DNA from: Porphyridium purpureum
Taxonomy: Eukaryota
DNA length: 64,000 bases
Direction of reading: 5' to 3'
Assembly: GCA_008690995.1 (NCBI GenBank)
Contig: VRMN01000002.1
Location: forward strand, 1,612,001 to 1,676,000
How positions within the stretch are numbered: position 1 is the stretch's first letter; each line of letters opens with the position of its first letter. Below are positions 56,042-64,000 of this stretch, piece after piece. The notes under the pieces are model-generated. The model was not told where the DNA came from. It was given only the letters and a program-made list of their open reading frames with translations, and made no database searches. Both the position numbers and the translations under genes were made by a program.

Positions 56042-57112
56042 CTACATTTTCTGGTCGCCCAGTCGACTTACCACGTCGTCAAAGGTACCTTGCGAAACGC
56101 TGAAGTCCGTAGAGGCCTGTGCCGCAATGCGTCTACGAAGCATACCCTCGTGTTGAGCTTCATTTAGAATCTGTTCCATCATGGCCATAGACGGCTGCGG
56201 GATACGCAGAAGAGACGGATCCACGGCACTTGGCTCATGAGGCATGTATGCCTCACACAAGCCCAGACTCCACCACCGGTTCATTTCTTCGCTGAGCTCC
56301 TTGATAGTGATGCGTTTGGCAACCGGCACAAAGATTCGTTTGCACAGGTCGCGAACCTCGGCTGGCACCATGGGAGTGAAAGGCAGGTAGTTGAACTGGA
56401 TAATACGCTGCGCCACTGCGCGCGTATTATTCGGGTTGTTCGGGTCCTGAAAAGGGTATGATTTCTGGAACAGCACGTACAGCAACACACCCAGCGACCA
56501 CACGTCGGCCATTTCGCCCTCGTACTTGTAGGTCAAGTCGTTGCGCTTCGAGGAGGCCAGCACGATCTCGGGAGAAATATATGGCATGCTCCCGCGCACA
56601 GAGCGCGGCGCCGAGTCCACTGATATGTTCTTGCACGCGCCAAAGTCGCAAATCTTGACAAGGTTGCTGTTTTTCTCGGCAATCAGCGCGTTCTCTAGCT
56701 TGATGTCGCGGTGCGAAATGCCCTTGGAATGCATGAAAGCGGCGGCCCACACCACTTGCGAAAAGACTGTGCGCAGCCGCGGCAAAGAATTCTCGGCATT
56801 GACTAGAAAATCGAACAGGTCACCACCGGAGCACAGCTCCATGACCAAGGCGAGGTACTTGGGCGTCAGAAACACCGTGAATAGCCGTGCGATGTTGACG
56901 TGCGTGAGCGGTGGGTATAGCTGATGCATCAGCTCACGGCGAACTTTCACGTCAATGCTCTCGCCGCGGCGCAGCAGCTTGATCGCCACCTGCGCTCCAG
57001 ACGCATCATGCGTGGCGCAAATCGTCACACCGTACGAACCTTTGCCCAGCTCGCGCTCCGGCGTGTATCCATAGTCACTCAGAAACTCGTAGTCCGCCAC
57101 GGGAGGAGCCAT
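56042..57112 (-). CDS. SnRK2-like Ser/Thr kinase
   Basis: LGKGSYG, RGESIDVKVRRE, VFLTPKYLALVMEL, HRDIKLEN, KICDFG and YPFQDPNNP..QRI parallel SnRK2 signatures. ATG at 57112. Confidence 0.8.
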   Translation of the reverse strand: MAPPVADYEFLSDYGYTPERELGKGSYGVTICATHDASGAQVAIKLLRRGESIDVKVRRELMHQLYPPLTHVNIARLFTVFLTPKYLALVMELCSGGDLFDFLVNAENSLPRLRTVFSQVVWAAAFMHSKGISHRDIKLENALIAEKNSNLVKICDFGACKNISVDSAPRSVRGSMPYISPEIVLASSKRNDLTYKYEGEMADVWSLGVLLYVLFQKSYPFQDPNNPNNTRAVAQRIIQFNYLPFTPMVPAEVRDLCKRIFVPVAKRITIKELSEEMNRWWSLGLCEAYMPHEPSAVDPSLLRIPQPSMAMMEQILNEAQHEGMLRRRIAAQASTDFSVSQGTFDDVVSRLGDQKM

Positions 57113-58354
57113 ATCATACCAGGCGAGGCACCGACCTCTTCCGTCCACCCTTCACGCCCATTCTCCCCTGCGAGCTTGGGCACAACATCCGGTAAACGAA
57201 TCTTTTTCGATGCGACAGCTGGACGTTCGATGGCTGTCGACGTGCAGCAGCCTCGGGAAGTTTAAGTTTGTGAAGTGGTGGTACAGACGAATACACGAGC
57301 ACGGCCACTGCTCAAGGTTTCCGCTGTGACGGAACGCATAGTTTGTGCTTTCATTGGCGTGGTCCTTGGTTGTGTGTTCTAAGAATGGCCGACACATCAA
57401 GCACCGGGATAAATGGATACGCAGGGCGCGTCGAGCGCAGAACGAATAGACATGCGTACCTTGCTTGACGCGCGCGTGAGGTCATCTGGAGGAAAGAAAG
57501 GCATGGCTTAAGTGTGCTCGGGTACTCCGAACCGGCCGCGCATGCTCGTCCTGGCGACGTTGCGATGAAGTGCAGCCCCTTGGCTCAAAGCGCCACCTCA
57601 TTAAAAGGAGAAGCAAATTAGATCCCATCAAGCGTGAGTGTGACGTCTTCAAGGCTCGGCTCATCTTGGCGTGGAGAGATGTTCCGCGCTTGCCTGCAGA
57701 TGGCGAGACGCCAATGCAAGCAACACGAGTCCCAATGAACGCGAGAATCTTCTCGCCTCTTCCGCGTTCCAAGCGTTGGCACCACTCCGACCTTTGCACA
57801 AGGCCGTTACACCGGTTATCACAAAACGAGATCGTTTTAGTATACGCATGGGCGTCTGCGTTCGGAAACCGTTTTCCGCCGGAAGCGAAGTCATTAAACC
57901 GGTTTCGAGGAACCGGTTTCGTGCGGCCGGTCGAGGCCGCGGTTTCGAGCTCGCAGAATTTGTGGGTGGGAGTCGGGCGGCGGTGGTGTTGTTGTGGTGT
58001 GCGCGTGTGCACGGTGGGAGTGAGTTGGGCGTGTGATTGGCTGAGCGTCACGAGACAACGCGAGGGCGTGCCGTGAGATTTCTCGTGAGGTGTGGCTTTG
58101 GGTATCTGGACGCTCGTGTGATCTTGCAGCATTCAGTGACTACAATTCTCAACAAGACGCTGGTCTAGCCATTTGCAGTTTGTTGTGACGATGATAAGAG
58201 CAAGCTCGAGAGGGAAGGGCAGAGGCTGAGTTGTGATTCATGGGTGCAGCTCGTGCTGTTGTTGCTGCGGTCGCTGGTTTGGTCACCAGTCTTATCTGAA
58301 ATTTGCGCTGGGCTTTACTTCAGATTGAGCTGACACGGGGTTTCGGCCTCTGAA

Positions 58355-60301
58355 ATGGAGCAGTGGGACATGGCTGGCGAGCGCACAAGGTCTCGGGCAG
58401 CGGCGCACCTTCTTGGGCGCGCGTCGCCAATTACTTTTGTAGGAGCTGCTTCCGTGGATCCATTTGCATCGAGTGCAGGAAGTGGTTCGGCCGCGTCCGC
58501 GTGCTGCAAGGTGAATGGTGGCGGAAAGAGACAACGCCTCCGCCGTGGGCCGCGACTGCTCGACGTCACGCCGGTTGTGGTGGCTCATGCAGGTGGCGGG
58601 AATGGCACTGAGGATAAAGCGTCCTCAACCTCATCGTCCAATGATGCGCAGCGCTCGCAGAGTGATTCAGATGATGACGCCGTGGAGAAGATTATCTTGG
58701 CGGCCAAGCGGATCTCGCGTTCGTCGAGGAGCAAGCAATATGGCATGCCGACGTACGGAGAACTGCCCCAACAGCAAGCTAGGGATATACAGCGGCAGCG
58801 GCAGCCGCAGCAGCTGCACCATACGAACGCGTCAAGGAATGGAGGCGTCCGAGAATCGGACAGCAACAGCAATGGTAGCTCTCGGACGGGTGGAAGGTTT
58901 CGCCCGCGAAAGAAATTAGCACCCCGGCGGGACTTGCGCGTGGATTCTTCCCCTGTGGATGGGCCAAATGACTCAGACGCAGATGGAGACTGGATAGTGA
59001 CTAGTGACAACGATGAGGAGTTCACGGAGGCTGAAATTTCGGAAGCTGAGGAGGACGGCATGACTTCAATCACGTTGGAAGAGGGCCACGCAGATGATGA
59101 TGCACTAGACGAACAGTCTGACTCTGAGCAGCTAGACACTGACGTAGATGACGATGACGAGTGTGTAGCGAAATTTGAAGGAAACGACAGTGGCTCGGAA
59201 TCGAGCCGCAGTAGAAGATCACGAGGCGAAAAGCGGCGTACCCTGCAAAATGGCGGTGCATTCAAATCGACTCGGTCTGCACCAGCAGAAGACGACATGG
59301 GAACTGAGCTAGCGAGTGGGATTGGAGACGATTTGGAAGTGGAGGAATTTGATTACAATGAGTTTGACTTTTGCCAGAGCTCAAACTCGGATGACGACGA
59401 ACGCAATGGCGATGTAGAAAGATCTAGCAGACCGGGGGGCGGACCAGAACGCCGGCAGTCGCAGGCTGCCAACCAAACGCCTGCAAATGTGGACCGCCGC
59501 GACGCTCCACCTGCTTCAGCCTCCACCGCGCCCTCGGATTCCGGCGCGTGGGCGAGCAGGCTGGCTCCGCAGCGTTCGTGGAGCGCAGATAACCCACTCG
59601 AACGTTTCGGTCACTCGGACGCCTTTGTGCAGTGCCCGGAGTGCAGCGCTCTTTACGCGGTGGATCTTGCCGACTTGGGATTCCCGATCGACATTCTTAG
59701 CCGCGCCGGAGTGTATCGAGACGACAAGCGTGGCTCCTCAAATGCAGACGGTCGGTCGAACGTGTCCTTGCGGCGTTCAGCAGCTGCTGCGGCCGCTATG
59801 GATCAGAGCATCGAGCCGCGCGCCGTAAGATGCTCTGCTTGTATTCATGAATGGTTTGTTAGGCCTTCGGACCTGATTTGGGGTGAGCAGGAGGCCATCG
59901 TGGCGTTGGAAGCTGCGTCGAAGCAAGTTCGCAGCGCGATTTCTGCCATGGCGCAGAAGCACAAGACACCGATTGACATGGAGCAGCCGGAGCCGCTCAC
60001 TATCTTCGCGCGAAACGTGTCATTCAAAGCAAATGTACAGGACCTGAACGAGGCGTTTGGAGCCTTCGGGCGTGTTGTGCGATGTGAAATCCCGTGCGAC
60101 CGGCTGGGCTCACCTCGAGGCTTTGCGTTCATCGAGATGGCGCGCAAGGCCGACGCACAGCGTGCGATCCGCGAGCTGGACGGCGTCACCTGGTTCAATC
60201 GGAGGCTCCATCTCTCTGTTGCAGAGCCTAGGCCAGCGCAGGTGCCGCCTCACGGCGGTTCATCAGAGTCACGGGATGCTGGACAAGATGCAGACGATTG
60301 A
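58355..60301 (+). CDS. Acidic low-complexity protein with a split Zn-ribbon and a C-terminal RRM
   Basis: VQCPECSALYAV..VRCSACIHEWFV, RNP2 IFARNV and RNP1 RGFAFIEM. Confidence 0.8.
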   Translation: MEQWDMAGERTRSRAAAHLLGRASPITFVGAASVDPFASSAGSGSAASACCKVNGGGKRQRLRRGPRLLDVTPVVVAHAGGGNGTEDKASSTSSSNDAQRSQSDSDDDAVEKIILAAKRISRSSRSKQYGMPTYGELPQQQARDIQRQRQPQQLHHTNASRNGGVRESDSNSNGSSRTGGRFRPRKKLAPRRDLRVDSSPVDGPNDSDADGDWIVTSDNDEEFTEAEISEAEEDGMTSITLEEGHADDDALDEQSDSEQLDTDVDDDDECVAKFEGNDSGSESSRSRRSRGEKRRTLQNGGAFKSTRSAPAEDDMGTELASGIGDDLEVEEFDYNEFDFCQSSNSDDDERNGDVERSSRPGGGPERRQSQAANQTPANVDRRDAPPASASTAPSDSGAWASRLAPQRSWSADNPLERFGHSDAFVQCPECSALYAVDLADLGFPIDILSRAGVYRDDKRGSSNADGRSNVSLRRSAAAAAAMDQSIEPRAVRCSACIHEWFVRPSDLIWGEQEAIVALEAASKQVRSAISAMAQKHKTPIDMEQPEPLTIFARNVSFKANVQDLNEAFGAFGRVVRCEIPCDRLGSPRGFAFIEMARKADAQRAIRELDGVTWFNRRLHLSVAEPRPAQVPPHGGSSESRDAGQDADD

Positions 60302-60986
60302 CAAAGCAGTAAACAAGTCTGCGACATTTTTCCTACTAAACTCCCTAGAGAACGAAAGGTGATGCGACAGCGCCGAAGTATACATCACGCCTGCACGTGA
60401 CAAACGTGGGCGAGAGGCACTGCAAAAGCAAATGCTCGTTGCGGACTCGTAGACCAAGTGGTCCGAGTCGCGAATGGAGCGGAGTGCGTAGCGTAATGAC
60501 GTTTTGAAGGGATCAGCTAAGACTTCGCGTGGAGCGCAGCGCGAACACACTCGCTTGGCAGACGAGGAGACGTGTTGCTGTATTTGATGATGATGACGTT
60601 CTCTTGTCTACCAGCAGTGGTTTCAAGTGCGGAGTAAAATAAGCGCGCTTGCTCGAGAAAGAGAAGATTGAGCCCTTCAGCTTGCCTCCTCAGCTCGTGG
60701 CGTCCACATTTTGTCGTTCGAAACCAACAGTCGACGCTTAATTCATCAGCGTCATTCTGTCCGTATTTTTCCCGCGTGCACGCCGTACCTCCACGTGCGG
60801 TTGGTGCTTTGTGGTCTTGGTCGAGTCGTTGAGATTGAACAACCTGACCTGACCTGACGGGCACCGAATTTCATCTGGCGTGCGCCGAGGCTTTTTCGGG
60901 TTGGACTGTTGCGTTCTGGAGGAGGCCACGACGCGGGAGCGCGAACAGGTAACGTCCAAGCGGGAGGCAAGGTACGGCAGGAACTG

Positions 60987-61883
60987 ATGGCGGGTCAGAC
61001 GCGCGCACTTGTGTGCGGGTTTGTGGCTAGCGCGCCGTGGACGCGAGAGGTGAAGGCTGCGTGGGCTTGGGACGATGTGGCCGCTCGGAAGGCGCTGCGT
61101 GCAAATGTGCTGGTGGTCAATGGTCGGCGTGCTCGCGGTGTGCGTACGAGGCCGCAGATGTGCAGCGAGCGCGAGGAAGAGGCCGTGAAGGGCTCCGTAG
61201 TTGAGGAGTCCTCTCAGGATCTTGGGCAAGAACAGCGGTCGCTGGAAGTGGCGCTGGACGCTGTGCTCCCCGAGCAGCCGCAAGCAGCCGCGGGAGCGTT
61301 TGCAGGGAAGAGTGTGGGTAAAGCTGTCGGGTCATCGGTCGCGTCCTCAGTGGGCTCCGGTGTGGGCGTCGCGCTTGGTTCAATGGCTGGTGCAATGGTT
61401 GGCAAGGCACTCGGCAAGTCTGTGGCTGTCGAGGCAAGTGCGGTCGCGGCCCAATCTGAGCGGCTCAATCCTCAACAAATTGTGGCACAAAGCGTGGCCA
61501 GGCATAGTCCAAGCTCATTGAACGGAAAGCTGCGGCGCTTGTGGCACACAGTCCTTGTATTCTTCGGCTTCCAGGCATCCTCGGCACAACTCTCTGGGAT
61601 GCAAAAATTGCGAAAATACGGTATCGCGGCGATCATTTCATACGGAATGTTTGATGCCGTGACCTACTCGTTATCATTTCTTCTCGCTCTCAAGACGTTC
61701 ACAATCAAGACTGGGCGGCCTCTATGTTGGGCCACCTTTCCGCAGGTGTTTGCACTCATGTGGGGCATCAACAACTTTTCGCGACCTTTCCGGATTGCGG
61801 GTGCTCTGTTGCTCAGTCCTTTTGTGGACCAGTATATTGTGCAGCCGGTCCGCAAGCTGACAGCTCGAAAGACACTGAACTGA
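60987..61883 (+). CDS. Probable plastid membrane protein (DUF1279/FAM210-like C-terminal domain)
   Basis: Transit-like N-terminus, then KLRKYGIAAIISYG..TY..MWGINNFSRPFRIAGALLLSPFVD. Confidence 0.65.
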   Translation: MAGQTRALVCGFVASAPWTREVKAAWAWDDVAARKALRANVLVVNGRRARGVRTRPQMCSEREEEAVKGSVVEESSQDLGQEQRSLEVALDAVLPEQPQAAAGAFAGKSVGKAVGSSVASSVGSGVGVALGSMAGAMVGKALGKSVAVEASAVAAQSERLNPQQIVAQSVARHSPSSLNGKLRRLWHTVLVFFGFQASSAQLSGMQKLRKYGIAAIISYGMFDAVTYSLSFLLALKTFTIKTGRPLCWATFPQVFALMWGINNFSRPFRIAGALLLSPFVDQYIVQPVRKLTARKTLN

Positions 61884-62033
61884 TTGTGAGCCTCGAGCTG
61901 GATGCTTAAGAATAACGTCACGCAGCACGGGCTGATAGCCTCAAGTGCTGAGTGACCACTGCAGGATCCTGGTTTACTTGTGGTCCATCATTCAAGCCTC
62001 TTTTTTCATCATGATGAACACGTTTCGATACTA

Positions 62034-64000
62034 TCAGTACATGTGACGACTGTGCAAAATCCATCGCTCTAGGGCATCTGCTCCTAATTCAACGTCTGGA
62101 TCGAACCCGTCGCCCAGCCCGCGCGTGGTCCAGTGTGTGCGAATATCCTTGATTAGCTCGTCACTCTCCTTCTGATTGCCTTGATCTGACAGCGCGTGAG
62201 CTAAACCTTTCATCAACCAAAGATCCAGGTCTAGGCAATGCTGCAGAGGCGCATCGAACCATTTCTTGTCGCCAAATTTGCACACAATCGCAAGCGCGCC
62301 ACGGAAACTGGTCTCTGCTCCAATTGGATCCTTCATCAAAAGACTAACGACTCCAGCCACACCAAGAAGATCCGCATAAATGGGCAGCTCTGAATACTGC
62401 ATGCACTTGAGCACTTCGAGCACTTTGCAATTCAATTTGGCGGCCGCCGTGAGCTCGCTACGAGCCAATTTACACGAAATCAGATTGGCCAACGCATTCA
62501 CTGCGAGCGTTGTCTTTCCCATTCCATGAGAGTACAGCAGCTTGAGCACGCGCACAGTAATTACATTCGTCTGATCAATATCGCCTTGCATGAGGTGCAA
62601 ATTGGCCTTGATGAGCACACAGAGACAAGCATCAATGATTTGCATGTCGTTTTCGAACTCGCGCCTCTCCAAGAAGGGCTCGTAGTAATCCAAAGCGCGC
62701 TGCAGGGGCGCCTCGGCGTGTCGAAGCATCAGCAGGTCCATGAAAGCCTCGGCCAAGCCCAACTCAACGCGCGCCACGTGAAGCTCTTGCCGGCGCACAT
62801 GGCATACGATGTCTTGCATTGATTTCAGCACGCGCTGGAAGTATTTCAGTCGTGAGCGCGCACCCACGCAAAAGCGCATCACAATAGGTGCCGCGGTCAG
62901 TGCCCGGGCATGATCGCATACGCCAGACGTGCGCGTCCGACTGAATAGAGTTTCGTAATTGTGCCGGTCGATGTCGTACGTTTGCATAAGACGCTCGCGC
63001 ACCTTCCCTTGCTTGTACGTTTCCAAAGAATTAAGCCCCTCCAAGCGGCGAATGAAGTGGTCGATGAAACGACGATTGGCCTTTGACAGCACGTCTTCAA
63101 CGTACGCATTGTGCATAAACGAAGAATTCGAAAGGGTCTCCGGAGACAGAAACATTCTTGCAGGCTTTGAGAGCTCGGCACGCTGCGTGCCGTCCAGGCC
63201 GCTGAACAAGCCACATGCGCACAAAAGGTCCAGCTGAAGCAGCGGCTGCAAAACGCGGTAGCACTCCTCGACACCGTCAATATTGCATACTGCTGCTGCC
63301 GCGTGAATATCAAAGCATCGAGGAAAGACACCAAGGCAAATGAACGCGTCCTTCGAACTATCCGGCAGCATTTCATAGACGCTCCGCACGGTGTCAATTT
63401 CTGCATTCGCACCGTCCAGCTCTGAACCAATGACCGCCATGATTGGATCATCCACTTCACCCCGTGAGAGAGACCCCCGTGATGTTTGCCTCTTTTCATG
63501 CTTTTCCTGCTCTGGCTGTGCATGCGACTTTCGACCGAGCTCGCTCAAGCATGGAGACCGCTCGTCCGAGGGAGGCTCCGAGCCCAGGTGCGTACCGGTC
63601 TGATCTGAGGAATCGTCATCGGCCAAATCCTGGGCTGGAATGTAGGAAGTTCCCATGTATCGGAAATCCCCTTGGAGCGCAAATGCGGGATCCTTAAATA
63701 TGTTCGGAGTCTCCAGTCGGGCTAACGCGTCGCCGTCTACATCGATGTTGAATTCTTCGAGATCAAAAGAACTCGAGGCTGAACCGGGCAAAAAGTCCAT
63801 CGAAAATGCGCGCGGTGAAGAGCTCGTCGGATCCCTTGCTTCTCGCAATCCTCCGTTCATTTCTACAGGAGCACTGCTCTCGTGCAAGCCCGACAATGCG
63901 TGGGACGAACGACGCCCGCTGCCGCCTGCTGCGCTCGGCTCAACCACGCCATGCTCAATGTTGCCCAGTCCAAAGTCGTTTTCGGTCGAGCCAAACAATT
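62034..64000 (-). CDS. Winged-helix plus TPR protein (C-terminal part of an NB-ARC/STAND-TPR-like protein); 5' end lies beyond the window
   Basis: SVYEMLPDSSKDAFICLGVFPRCFDIHAAAAV resembles the WHD that follows NB-ARC. Helical TPR-like repeats follow (AEAPLQRALDYY, AETSFRGALAI). The frame is open to the window edge. Confidence 0.65.
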   Translation of the reverse strand, partial: LFGSTENDFGLGNIEHGVVEPSAAGGSGRRSSHALSGLHESSAPVEMNGGLREARDPTSSSPRAFSMDFLPGSASSSFDLEEFNIDVDGDALARLETPNIFKDPAFALQGDFRYMGTSYIPAQDLADDDSSDQTGTHLGSEPPSDERSPCLSELGRKSHAQPEQEKHEKRQTSRGSLSRGEVDDPIMAVIGSELDGANAEIDTVRSVYEMLPDSSKDAFICLGVFPRCFDIHAAAAVCNIDGVEECYRVLQPLLQLDLLCACGLFSGLDGTQRAELSKPARMFLSPETLSNSSFMHNAYVEDVLSKANRRFIDHFIRRLEGLNSLETYKQGKVRERLMQTYDIDRHNYETLFSRTRTSGVCDHARALTAAPIVMRFCVGARSRLKYFQRVLKSMQDIVCHVRRQELHVARVELGLAEAFMDLLMLRHAEAPLQRALDYYEPFLERREFENDMQIIDACLCVLIKANLHLMQGDIDQTNVITVRVLKLLYSHGMGKTTLAVNALANLISCKLARSELTAAAKLNCKVLEVLKCMQYSELPIYADLLGVAGVVSLLMKDPIGAETSFRGALAIVCKFGDKKWFDAPLQHCLDLDLWLMKGLAHALSDQGNQKESDELIKDIRTHWTTRGLGDGFDPDVELGADALERWILHSRHMY

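Noticed and set aside
57570..58076. 168-aa ORF between the kinase and RRM genes
   Set aside because: GTG start, no domain, and it runs into GT-rich promoter/leader sequence.

Overview
This is gene-dense, nearly intron-free, GC-rich eukaryotic nuclear DNA. A nucleus-encoded phycobilisome linker with a plastid transit peptide, a red-algal-type NADPH oxidase and the scarcity of introns point to a unicellular red alga, most plausibly Porphyridium-like (inference). About 36 protein genes are called, several of them hypothetical. Housekeeping and organellar genes include an RCC2-like protein, WDR77/MEP50, prefoldin 6, SRPK, a PH-CAMK kinase, an SnRK2-like kinase, a cyclin, PP2C, NDUFS6, FabG, a DES1 desaturase, a GRXS16-like glutaredoxin, a CRTISO-like enzyme, an RlmL-like methyltransferase, a mitochondrial carrier, and bZIP, C2H2 and DDT-WHIM nuclear proteins. 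Surface or defence-type genes include an M8-like metalloprotease with 18 x PTPSPTPV, an RBOH, an EGF-TM-RING ligase, a winged-helix-TPR protein and a bacterial/phage-like glycosyltransferase. Features the ORF track does not show are a spliced DUF2462-like gene whose stop overlaps the cyclin stop, a +1 frameshift inside the RCC2-like gene, a decayed ankyrin-repeat pseudogene, E2F-type sites upstream of the cell-cycle genes, and a GTACAG/CTGTAC motif clustered in almost every promoter region, sometimes with fixed spacing or as a 16-bp palindrome. I found no CRISPR array, rRNA, tRNA or intact mobile element. I also found no clear multi-gene novel system. The best candidate for something undescribed is the GTACAG promoter grammar.
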